Below are positions 18,137 to 26,540 of a stretch of DNA of 46,823 nt, in pieces. The notes under the pieces were generated by a model that saw only the letters and a program-made list of their open reading frames with translations, searched no databases and was not told where the DNA came from. The position numbers and the translations under genes are program-made. The DNA is from Parcubacteria group bacterium. Lineage in GTDB: Bacteria; Patescibacteriota; Minisyncoccia; Phycocordibacterales; UBA2135. The number at the start of each line of letters is the position of its first letter. Within the stretch, counting starts at the first letter, position 1. The DNA lies in NCBI GenBank assembly GCA_016180525.1, contig JACPBB010000002.1:1-46823 (forward strand), read 5' to 3'.

Positions 18137-18496
18137 CTAACTCATATTAAGACCGGCCGCAAAGCCATACCAAATCGTACCGCCGTCAACTGTAAAAAAA
18201 GTCAGAACATCTACTCCGGAAGCGGTAAGTGTTGGTGCTGTTGCCCCCGCCCAATCAACCGACGCGGGCCAGGTAACTGTCTGACTACCGCCATTTGTAA
18301 GTACAAGCGTGAAATATCCACTTGTTCCACTCGCGGGAGCTTTTGAAAATGTAAAAGTAGTTGCTGAAGTATCAACCGTCGCGGTCACAACATTTCCAAG
18401 ACCTAAATCAATATCTTGGGTGCCTCCCCCGATAGAACCAATGGCGTTTACTGTTTCGGATCGTACAGTAATTGGTGTTGTGAATTTAATAGCCAT
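18137..18496 (-). CDS. Small beta-rich partner protein of the fibre-like gene (phage-structural-like)
   Basis: 119 aa. Its stop lies 2 nt before the 819-aa start. TWPASVDWAGATAPTLTASGVDVLTFFTVDGGTIWYG. No signal peptide. Confidence 0.6.
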   Translation of the reverse strand: MAIKFTTPITVRSETVNAIGSIGGGTQDIDLGLGNVVTATVDTSATTFTFSKAPASGTSGYFTLVLTNGGSQTVTWPASVDWAGATAPTLTASGVDVLTFFTVDGGTIWYGFAAGLNMS

Positions 18497-18539
18497 GTAG
18501 TGCAGTTAAAAAGTTCATAAGGTTATAGAGTTTAGAAAA

Positions 18540-18767
18540 TTATAACGTTTCCTTATCAATCACAAGAACCTCTTCTCCCTTTTTATTAAACAATTTCAAT
18601 TCTCGCCCAGTCTCAACAACACGAAAATCCTTCAAAAATGCCTCATTGAAAGGCTCCGAGCGCGAAAAAGTAAGGTACGGGCCAAATATTTTACCCAACA
18701 AAAAACCGCCGCCGCCGATTAATGACCATTTTAAAAAATTCCTTCGTTTTTCATCAATTTGCTCCAT
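18540..18767 (-). CDS. 75-aa protein with canonical twin-arginine signal motif
   Basis: Track ORF 18540..18863 overlaps tatA out of frame. The ATG at 18767 gives MEQIDEKRRNFLKWSLIGGGGFLLGKIF..., matching S/T-R-R-x-F-L-K. It starts 5 nt after the tatA stop. Confidence 0.6.
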   Translation of the reverse strand: MEQIDEKRRNFLKWSLIGGGGFLLGKIFGPYLTFSRSEPFNEAFLKDFRVVETGRELKLFNKKGEEVLVIDKETL

Positions 18768-18771
18768 ATTT

Positions 18772-18948
18772 TTATGCCGCGTCTTCTCCCTCGCGGAGTT
18801 CTTTTTCAATCTCTTTTTTCCCTTTTTTAAATTCACCCGTTGCCCTTCCAAGTCCGTGAGCAAATTCAGTTATTTTTTTGCTCCCGAAAAATAAAATTCC
18901 GACTACGAGTATTATTATTAAAATTTCAGGTATTCCAAGTCCAAACAT
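18772..18948 (-). CDS. tatA: Twin-arginine translocase subunit TatA/E (58 aa, below the ORF-track cutoff)
   Basis: Hand translation MFGLGIPEILIIILVVGILFFGSKKITEFAHGLGRATGEFKKGKKEIEKELREGEDAA. FG..PE...LFG.KK...G...FKKG pattern. TAA stop. Confidence 0.85.
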   Translation of the reverse strand: MFGLGIPEILIIILVVGILFFGSKKITEFAHGLGRATGEFKKGKKEIEKELREGEDAA

Positions 18949-18952
18949 ATTT

Positions 18953-19035
18953 TAGGTGATAGGTGTTAGGTAATAGATGCTAGGTGATAGATTAAAAAAC
19001 CTATAACCTAAAACCTTTAACCTGCAACCTACTAT
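18953..19035. repeat. Inverted heptamer arrays (TAGRTNN x6 / CTNNAAC x5) at the tatC-tatA junction
   Basis: taggtga taggtgt taggtaa tagatgc taggtga tagatta - aaaaac - ctataac ctaaaac ctttaac ctgcaac ctactat. The right array encodes the last residues of TatC (LQVKGFRL). Confidence 0.8.
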
Positions 19036-19783
19036 TATGACTAATAATTATTCCGACCCCGTATAGAACAATCAATGGAACCGATAAGAGAACCATACTC
19101 ACTCCGCTTCCGTCAGGAGTAACCACCGCGGAAAGAATCAGAAATCCCAAAAATGCGTATCTCCATTTTTCTCTCCAGAACTGCTCGGAAATTATACCCA
19201 TATAATTCATCAGAAACATAAAAACAGGAAGTAAAAACAATATGCCCACAACTATAACGAGTGAAAAAACCAAGGCAATAAATTCATTGACGGAAAAGAA
19301 CGAAGTCGCTCCAATCAGGGCGGCATATTCATACAAAAATGAAAAAATAGGGGGTATAATGAAAAAATACGCGAATAGCGAACCCCCGATAAACAAAATG
19401 GCTGACGGAATAAGAACCTTCAAAATTGCTCTTTTTTCACTAATATAAAAGGCCGGAGAAAAATACCGCGTGAAGATATACAACGCGTACGGAACAGTAA
19501 TTATAACCGATAGCAGAAACGCAATTAATATCTGTGAAACAAACGCGCTTGCCGGATTAGTAACAATTAAATCTACGCCCTCAGGCATTAAATCATTTCT
19601 TATTGTCTCAAAAAAATAAAGCGCCGCCGAATGTTTCTCGGGAACCGGAAGTGGTATTGAGTATTTCCCAATATTCACTTTCTCTATTCCAATGGAAAAA
19701 AGTATTATTGTGCTTACCAGCACGAGAAAAAGCCATTTCAGCAATTCAGTGGCCATTGTTTTCAATTCGCCAACAAGACTCAT
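19001..19783 (-). CDS. tatC: Twin-arginine translocase subunit TatC
   Basis: 6-TM protein. FYISEKRAILKVLIPSAILFIGGSLFAYFFIIPPIFSFL. WRYAFLGFLILSAVVTPDGSGVSMVLLSVPLIVLY. Confidence 0.85.
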   Translation of the reverse strand: MSLVGELKTMATELLKWLFLVLVSTIILFSIGIEKVNIGKYSIPLPVPEKHSAALYFFETIRNDLMPEGVDLIVTNPASAFVSQILIAFLLSVIITVPYALYIFTRYFSPAFYISEKRAILKVLIPSAILFIGGSLFAYFFIIPPIFSFLYEYAALIGATSFFSVNEFIALVFSLVIVVGILFLLPVFMFLMNYMGIISEQFWREKWRYAFLGFLILSAVVTPDGSGVSMVLLSVPLIVLYGVGIIISHNSRLQVKGFRL

Positions 19784-19888
19784 AGCGTTTATAATACCAT
19801 ACTGCCGGTCTCTATAGTTTCATAGTTGCGAATATCTGAATATATTATACCGCTTCAACGCAAGATTCGGCAAATATAACTGTTGATT

Positions 19889-19914
19889 AAAAGGCGTCCA
19901 AATTGACGCCTTTT
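19889..19914 (-). terminator. Terminator after the metG-arsR unit
   Basis: aaaaggcgtc-caaatt-gacgcctttt. Confidence 0.65.
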
Positions 19915-19950
19915 AAATAGTATTTATTCTTCAAGCCTGTAGAACATATT

Positions 19951-20292
19951 TTAGAAATGTTGCTTCCAAAAGGTGTGCAATATTTTACACGGCTCTATAA
20001 TGCGCGGATCCCTAACCGTGTAAAAGATATTTCTCCCCTCTCGCCGTATTTTTACCAAATGATGGGCACGCAAAATGGCCAAATGTTGGGAAAGATTTGC
20101 TTTTCTGATGTTAAGCGCGCGCCCCAGTGTGTCAACCGTTAATTCTCTTTTTTTGAGAATATTTAAAATCTCAAGGCGTTTATGGTTTGCTAAAATTTTA
20201 TAGATAATCGCGTTTCTGTGGTATGTCTCTTGTGGAAACGGTGAAAGATTTTTTGTTTTGGATGAATTTCGTGATGTTTTTATTTTTTGCAT
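19951..20292 (-). CDS. ArsR/SmtB-family winged-HTH regulator
   Basis: HKRLEILNILKKRELTVDTLGRALNIRKANLSQHLAILRAHHLVKIRREGRNIFY. Confidence 0.8.
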   Translation of the reverse strand: MQKIKTSRNSSKTKNLSPFPQETYHRNAIIYKILANHKRLEILNILKKRELTVDTLGRALNIRKANLSQHLAILRAHHLVKIRREGRNIFYTVRDPRIIEPCKILHTFWKQHF

Positions 20293-20302
20293 AACTTCTG
20301 AA

Positions 20303-21727
20303 CTATTTTCTTATAAATAATGGCTGCGGCATTTTGTTTTCTTTTATTGTTTCTTTAATTTTTATGTTTGCCTCAGGCATAAATGGAAAGAGCATCCGTC
20401 CTATCCAGTATAATTCTACCGCAAGTTCAAAAATAATCTTTTTCCCTGCCATAGGATTTTTTTTAACAAGCTTAAACGGCTCTTCTGTCGTTATTCGCTC
20501 ATCAAGTTTTTGCACGCGACTCCATATAAAATCCATTGCTCTATTAAATTCATACGATTCAATCGCATCTGTATATTCTTTTGGAAATGGCGCGGGCGCT
20601 GGAGACTCAATCGGATTTTTGAGGTTGTCTTCGGCAAGTTTCATAATGCGAGAAACTAGATTTCCTAAACCGTTCGCAAGATTCGCGTTATATGCCTCTT
20701 TGAATTTTTCCATTGTAAAATCAGAATCTTCAAATGAATGAATATGCCGCGCCAAATAATATCTAAGCGCGTCCGTGCCATATTCATTAACAATAGCGAC
20801 AGGATCAATGACATTGCCGAGACTTTTACTCATTTTCTGCCCGCCAACAGTAATAAACCCATGAATTACAATTTGTTTTGAGGGAGAGAGCCCTGCGGAG
20901 AAAAGCATTGCTGTCCACATGGCCGCCTGCTGTCTGATATTGTCTTTTCCCGCAAATTGAATAACCGGCCACCAGGTATTAAATTTTTTTAAATCATCCG
21001 GCCAGCCAATTGCAGAAATATAATTGACCAGCGCATCAAACCAAACATACATAACCTGCTCTTCGTCCCCTGGCACAGGAACACCCCAGGGCATTTTTTC
21101 TTTTCTTCGAGAAATACTAAAATTCTCAAGCCCGCGTTCTATAAATTTTTTTATTTCATTAAACCTAAAATTAGGAATTACAAACTGTGGATTTTTGCCG
21201 TAAAATTCTAACAGTTGTTTTTGGTATTTTGAAAATCTGAAAAAATAATTTTCCTCGTCTATTGTTTCAAGTTCCTGGTCAGGGTGAAGCGGGCAGCATC
21301 CTTTTTCGTTTAAATCAGAGTCCGTTTTTTCCAATTCGCATCCGACACAATATTTTATTTTGTAATTTTTCTTGTAAATATCTCCATTCTTATCACAAAG
21401 TTTCCAAAATTCCTGTGCTGCGTTTTTATGATGTTTATCCGTGGTTCTCACAAAGTTAATTCCGTCCCATAAATTAAGGGTTTTTTGCAGACTTCTGAAT
21501 TTCTCCGCGTATTCGTCAACATACTTTTGCGGACTTACGCCTCTCTCTTTCGCTTTCCGATAAATTTTAATGCCATGTTCATCAGTACCGGTATTAAAAA
21601 AAACCGCATCCCCTTTTAAGATGTGGTAGCGCGCGAGAATGTCGGCATGTACCGCTTCAAGCGCAAAACCAATATGCGGCTCCGCATTTACATACGGAAG
21701 CGTTGTGGTGATATATATGTGTTTCAT
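20303..21727 (-). CDS. metG: Methionine--tRNA ligase (short form, no C-terminal tRNA-binding domain)
   Basis: HIGH-type PHIGFA, KMSKS (QKMSKS), zinc knuckle CVGCE...CCPLH. Confidence 0.93.
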   Translation of the reverse strand: MKHIYITTTLPYVNAEPHIGFALEAVHADILARYHILKGDAVFFNTGTDEHGIKIYRKAKERGVSPQKYVDEYAEKFRSLQKTLNLWDGINFVRTTDKHHKNAAQEFWKLCDKNGDIYKKNYKIKYCVGCELEKTDSDLNEKGCCPLHPDQELETIDEENYFFRFSKYQKQLLEFYGKNPQFVIPNFRFNEIKKFIERGLENFSISRRKEKMPWGVPVPGDEEQVMYVWFDALVNYISAIGWPDDLKKFNTWWPVIQFAGKDNIRQQAAMWTAMLFSAGLSPSKQIVIHGFITVGGQKMSKSLGNVIDPVAIVNEYGTDALRYYLARHIHSFEDSDFTMEKFKEAYNANLANGLGNLVSRIMKLAEDNLKNPIESPAPAPFPKEYTDAIESYEFNRAMDFIWSRVQKLDERITTEEPFKLVKKNPMAGKKIIFELAVELYWIGRMLFPFMPEANIKIKETIKENKMPQPLFIRK

Positions 21728-21738
21728 TGAGGCGCGCG

Positions 21739-22815
21739 CTATTTTTCTTTTTCAGAAAGTCGTTTTTCTTCTTCTATTTTCTTGCGCTGAATGTCATCCA
21801 CAAATTCTACAATAGCCGCCGCAACCGGTACCGCGAGTAAAATTCCCAGAAAGCCAGCAAGTTGTGCTCCGACAACAAGAGCAATAATGACAAGAATTGG
21901 AGAAACCCCTACCACCTTCCGCACAACAAGTGGGTAAATGAGGTGATTTTCAAATTGCTGGATAATGACATACAACCCGATAACCATAAGTCCAAGAGAG
22001 GCACCATTTGTAAATCCGAGAGCAATCGCCGGAATGGAAGCCAAAATAGGCCCAAAGAGCGGAATAATTTCAAAAAGGGCGGCGAGTACAGCCAGCAAAA
22101 GGGCATACGGAACACCAAGAATGGTAAGTCCAAGATAGACAAGAACGCCGACAATAAGTCCGAGTAATAGTTGTCCTTGCATCCATCGTCCGATTTTCAT
22201 TTGCGAGCGCTGCCAGAGGCCAATAATATATTTTTCCTGGCTCAACGGAGTCACGAGGCGTAGAAAGTTTTCAATTCCTTTTTCCTGAACCGAAAGATAA
22301 AATGAGATGACAATAATTAAAATAAAACTCAAAAGACCTCCGAAAATGGTGCTCAGCGATTGAAATAACCCATCCGATATGCGAGAGGCAACATTTTGTA
22401 TCTGGGAAACAGCTTGCCCGAGCGAAAAATCACCAGAAAGCCCTTCAACAAATTGCTGGCCTGCTGAAAATCCGCTTTGCACATTCCCCGGATCAAAAAT
22501 GGGGAGCGAGGTAATGTACTCCGGCAGAGAAGAAACTAGCCCGGATGTTTCATTCAAAAGTGGCGGAAGAAATAAGTAGAAAATACCAACTAATACGATT
22601 GCAAACGCCAGGTATATAAAAATAACGGCAATTACTCTTGGTAGTTTGTGATTCACAAACCATTTTGTCATCGGCTCAATGGCGGAAGCAATAACAACCG
22701 AAGTAAGTAAAACAAGGACGAGATCTCGTAATACGTACAGAGCGACAAAAAACAAAACGACCAAAATCGCCTTAAAAAATGAGGCGGCGTTTATGTTTAC
22801 GATAATATTTGACAT
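21739..22815 (-). CDS. AI-2E/PerM (UPF0118) family membrane transporter
   Basis: 358 aa, about 8 hydrophobic helices, family-typical length and C-terminal GFLGILLAVP segment. Confidence 0.6.
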   Translation of the reverse strand: MSNIIVNINAASFFKAILVVLFFVALYVLRDLVLVLLTSVVIASAIEPMTKWFVNHKLPRVIAVIFIYLAFAIVLVGIFYLFLPPLLNETSGLVSSLPEYITSLPIFDPGNVQSGFSAGQQFVEGLSGDFSLGQAVSQIQNVASRISDGLFQSLSTIFGGLLSFILIIVISFYLSVQEKGIENFLRLVTPLSQEKYIIGLWQRSQMKIGRWMQGQLLLGLIVGVLVYLGLTILGVPYALLLAVLAALFEIIPLFGPILASIPAIALGFTNGASLGLMVIGLYVIIQQFENHLIYPLVVRKVVGVSPILVIIALVVGAQLAGFLGILLAVPVAAAIVEFVDDIQRKKIEEEKRLSEKEK

Positions 22816-22847
22816 GTTTTTATTCTATCACGTTATCCGTAAAACCG

Positions 22848-24122
22848 TTATACCGCAAGTAAAGACAGGAGCTTTTTCCCGTCTTTTTTTGCATACGGCC
22901 CGATAAGAGCGATATTCCCTTTTTTTGTTTTTAAAATATTATTTGCAACGCGCCGTATGTCATTGGCTGAAACTTTTTGAATCAAAACCGCTCGTTCTTG
23001 GGGGGTTTTTAATTTTTTTTCTAAAACTTCGGTAAGACCGTAAAATTGAGCGCGCGCGTGAGATGTTTCAAGTCCGGAAAATAAATTGCCAATGAGATAA
23101 TTTTTAACTTTCTGCAATTCGACTTCAGAAACCGGATTATTTTTAATAATTTTTATTTCATCAATAATCGCGTGTAAAATTTCGGCGACCCGCTTGTTGT
23201 CAATGCCGGTGCTTACTGCAAAAAATCCATGGTCGGTAAGAAACTCTGCTTCGGCACTTATATAATACCCCGCGCCAAGCTGGTCGCGAATGCGGTGAAA
23301 CAAGCGTGAACTCATTCCCCCACCCAGAACTCCAGCAAGTACCGAGAGCGCCGCGCCGTCTTTATGATTTGCCCGATATGCCCTGAAGCCTACTATCACG
23401 TGTGTTTGGCTTGTTTTTTTATGTTTAATTAAAATACTGGGCTTTTTTTGAGTATCGCTTGTTTTCTTTTTAGAAGCTTTTTTTGAGTTTGGAATTTTCG
23501 CAAACATTACAGATACTTCTTTCGCCACTTCGTTTTCATCACAATTTCCTGCAATAATGACAACGGTTGAAGAGGCGACATAATTTCTTCGTTTATAATC
23601 TACAATATCTTTCCGCGTCATATTCCGTATTGTCTTTCGGGTACCCGCGATTGGCCAACCTGCCGGCTGATTGCCGTAGAGCAAGTCGGTGAACAGATCC
23701 CACACATCCCTCTGCGGAGAATCCTCATACATTTCAATCTCCCCAATGATAACGCCTCGTTCTTTTTCAATTTCTTCTTTGGGAAATGTGCCGTTGAGAT
23801 AAATATCAGAAACAACATCAAGCACTTTTTTAAAGTGTCGAGTTTCTGCCTTCGCGTAATATCCGGTATATTCGTATCCTGTAAATGCGTTATACGAGGC
23901 ACCAAGCCCATCTAATTCTTCTGAAATAGCTTTTGAAGTCGGGCGTTTTTCAGTGCCTTTAAAGCAGAGATGTTCCAAAAAATGCGAAACACCATTAATC
24001 CGTTTTGATTCATATTTTGAGCCGGTTTCAGTAAGCACCAAAACAGTCGTCGTTAAACTGTTCGGCATAGGCACAGTAATAAGCCGCACGCCATTTTTTA
24101 ATGTTTTCTTTTTAAATTTCAT
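22848..24122 (-). CDS. M16-family zinc peptidase (pitrilysin-like)
   Basis: HxxEH motif HFLEH near the N-terminus. 424 aa, two-lobed length. Confidence 0.85.
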   Translation of the reverse strand: MKFKKKTLKNGVRLITVPMPNSLTTTVLVLTETGSKYESKRINGVSHFLEHLCFKGTEKRPTSKAISEELDGLGASYNAFTGYEYTGYYAKAETRHFKKVLDVVSDIYLNGTFPKEEIEKERGVIIGEIEMYEDSPQRDVWDLFTDLLYGNQPAGWPIAGTRKTIRNMTRKDIVDYKRRNYVASSTVVIIAGNCDENEVAKEVSVMFAKIPNSKKASKKKTSDTQKKPSILIKHKKTSQTHVIVGFRAYRANHKDGAALSVLAGVLGGGMSSRLFHRIRDQLGAGYYISAEAEFLTDHGFFAVSTGIDNKRVAEILHAIIDEIKIIKNNPVSEVELQKVKNYLIGNLFSGLETSHARAQFYGLTEVLEKKLKTPQERAVLIQKVSANDIRRVANNILKTKKGNIALIGPYAKKDGKKLLSLLAV

Positions 24123-24174
24123 AAAAAATTGATATGTTTAATTCTACAGGTTTTTTAATTTTTGTATAGAAAAA

Positions 24175-24196
24175 AGCCGCTCACGGAAGGGCGGCT
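24175..24196 (-). terminator. Terminator after the 310-aa secreted-protein gene
   Basis: agccgc(tc)-acggaa-(gg)gcggct, T-run on the minus strand. Confidence 0.55.
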
Positions 24197-24207
24197 AGTG
24201 AAAACTA

Positions 24208-25140
24208 TTATGGAGCGCTGTAATTGAGTTGTTTTTTTGTTGCATTTTCTCTTTCCATCCTCGCTCCCTCTAGTTTTTCTTTAATTTCTGGAAAGTTGGC
24301 AAGCAATGCTTCCCAACCTTCGCGACCAACATTCAAATCCCGATACTCTTTGTCATAATTGTCATAACCTACAAAACTTACTTGTCCCAATTTAATGAAT
24401 GCGCCATGCGGGTGTAAAGAATATATTTTTGCCCAAACATGTGTGCGTATGGAATAATAATTTATTACAGGTCGCCAATCCTCTTTTACTACAAAAATCT
24501 TGACGTCCGTAATCCAAACACGTTGTCCGCTTATCACATTATCTATAATTTCTCCCGACTGCAGATGTGAGAATTTTTTTCCATTCAACTGTTTATCCAG
24601 ATTATGCGGATACGCGCCTCGCACGCGTAAATGACGCCGATCATACGGGGTATCAGTTCCATTTGAAACAACAACAGAAACAGCTGTTTGAGGAAGTTCG
24701 GGAATTACAACTCCTTTTTCCGCAAATAGTTTTCGCAGGTGTTCATTGGGGTCAACGTTCAAAATGTATCCGTTTTTTGAAGTAACCGGGTAAATGATTT
24801 TGTGGTCCTTGTATCCGCCACAGCGAACGCAGCCAACACTAATTGTATTTTTATCAACTCCCCACCATCTCTTTTCACCGTAGTTCGGTAACATCCCCCT
24901 TTTTAAACTCACAGCACCTCTGCACTCATTTCTGTTAATTCCATCTCTCATGAGAGACCCATCTTCCTCTCTTTCCGCTACTCCTACATTAAAACGCACC
25001 TTGTCGCTGTCTAACTGGCAATACTCACTTATGTTGCTATCAGAATAGTCTGTCTCGGTACCAGTATTATGCGCATGGCCTGTTTGAGACAAGAAAAGAG
25101 CAAAAATGCCCGCGGACAAACCTGCCAGAGGTCGTCTCAT
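24208..25140 (-). CDS. Secreted hypothetical protein (Cys-containing, no recognised domain)
   Basis: Signal peptide MRRPLAGLSAGIFALFLSQTGHA. Co-oriented 30 nt after glyQS. Confidence 0.65.
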   Translation of the reverse strand: MRRPLAGLSAGIFALFLSQTGHAHNTGTETDYSDSNISEYCQLDSDKVRFNVGVAEREEDGSLMRDGINRNECRGAVSLKRGMLPNYGEKRWWGVDKNTISVGCVRCGGYKDHKIIYPVTSKNGYILNVDPNEHLRKLFAEKGVVIPELPQTAVSVVVSNGTDTPYDRRHLRVRGAYPHNLDKQLNGKKFSHLQSGEIIDNVISGQRVWITDVKIFVVKEDWRPVINYYSIRTHVWAKIYSLHPHGAFIKLGQVSFVGYDNYDKEYRDLNVGREGWEALLANFPEIKEKLEGARMERENATKKQLNYSAP

Positions 25141-25170
25141 TCGTCTTTCTCCCTACAAAGAAACTGCTGA

Positions 25171-26529
25171 TTAGCATATATTTTTGAGTATTTTTGTCAA
25201 CTCGCTGATTTTTACGCGCCCCTGTTTCCCCGTGTCTCTGTCACGAACGGTAACAGAGTCATTTTCCAGAGTTTCAAAGTCAATCGTAATGCAGTGGGGC
25301 GTGCCGATTTCATCTTGCCTTCTGTAACGCTTGCCAATGTTGCCGTTGTCATCCCACATAACTCCTCCGGTCCGCCAATTGGCGGATTCTTTTTTGAGCA
25401 TTGTATACACTTCACGGGCTTTCGCAACTAATTCTGGCTTATTTCTCAAAAGTGGAAATACTGCCGCTCTAATCGGGGCAAGTTCTGGTTTTAATTTTAA
25501 AAACACCCGCGTCTCACCACCTAGAGTATCTTCCGTATACGCTTCAAGAAGCACGAAGAGAACGGCGCGATCAACTCCTCCCGAGCATTCAATATCCCAT
25601 GGAGTAATCTTGTTTCCCGTTTCACTGTCTGTATAAACAAGATCTGCTCCACTATATTCGCCGTGCCGTTGCAAATCCCAGTCTCCCCGATGATGAATAC
25701 CAAACGCCTCTTTCCACCCGGCAAACGGGGTATTATATTCTATATCCCATGCGTTCTTGGCGTAATGAGCTCGTTCATCTTTTGCATGCTCGCGCAGCCG
25801 AAGATTTTCTTTTTTGATTCCTAGCGCCGTATACCATTCAAAAGAAAAATTTTTCCAATATTCAAACCATTTTTCACCTTCTTTTTTTTCGGGGAAAACA
25901 TAATATTGAAGTTCCATTTGTTCAAACTCGCGCTGCCTAAAAAGAAATTCTCTTGGCGCAATCTCGTTACGAAACGCTTTCCCGATTTGCCCAATACCGA
26001 ACGGAAGTTTTGGATGCATAGAATCAACAATATTTTTGAAATTAACGTGTACGCCCTGAGTAATTTCTCCGCGTAAATATACATCTGTTGCGGTCTTTTC
26101 TGATGAACCAAGTCTTGCTCCAACTAAAAGATTAAATTTTTTCGCCTTAGTAAATTTATATCCAGCTGACCCTGATTCGGATTTGTGTTTGAAAGCATGC
26201 TCATCAGATTGATCTTCACGAATTTTCTCGTGACAAATCTCGCATTCGACAACCGGGTCAGTAAAAAGCTCCGTATGTCCCGACGCTTCCCAAACACGAG
26301 CAGGCATAAGAATTGCCGCGCTCATCCCATATACATCATCGCGGTCAGCAATAAATGATTTCCAAAAATATTCTTTAATATTGTGGCGAAGCTCAACTCC
26401 GAGCGGACCATAATCATAAACACCAGCAAGCCCGCCATAAATTTCAGAGCCCTGAAATACAAAGCCGCGCCTTTTACATAAGGATACTATTTTTGAAAGC
26501 GTGTCTTCGTGTGTTTTTTGATGAGTCAT
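25171..26529 (-). CDS. glyQS: Glycine--tRNA ligase, homodimeric class II type
   Basis: GLAGVYDYGPLG, IGKAFRNEIAPR, C-terminal anticodon-binding region. 452 aa. Confidence 0.92.
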   Translation of the reverse strand: MTHQKTHEDTLSKIVSLCKRRGFVFQGSEIYGGLAGVYDYGPLGVELRHNIKEYFWKSFIADRDDVYGMSAAILMPARVWEASGHTELFTDPVVECEICHEKIREDQSDEHAFKHKSESGSAGYKFTKAKKFNLLVGARLGSSEKTATDVYLRGEITQGVHVNFKNIVDSMHPKLPFGIGQIGKAFRNEIAPREFLFRQREFEQMELQYYVFPEKKEGEKWFEYWKNFSFEWYTALGIKKENLRLREHAKDERAHYAKNAWDIEYNTPFAGWKEAFGIHHRGDWDLQRHGEYSGADLVYTDSETGNKITPWDIECSGGVDRAVLFVLLEAYTEDTLGGETRVFLKLKPELAPIRAAVFPLLRNKPELVAKAREVYTMLKKESANWRTGGVMWDDNGNIGKRYRRQDEIGTPHCITIDFETLENDSVTVRDRDTGKQGRVKISELTKILKNIC

Positions 26530-26540
26530 ATATATTGTTT

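Noticed and set aside
24208-25140. L,D-transpeptidase-like SVGCVRC motif in the 310-aa secreted protein, and shared His-rich start of mature sequence with the 150-aa protein (GHAHNTGTETD vs AQAHHNSTHSD)
   Set aside because: The YkuD motif needs a conserved His about 16-18 residues upstream of the Cys, and none is present. The His-rich similarity spans only about 10 residues and could be chance.
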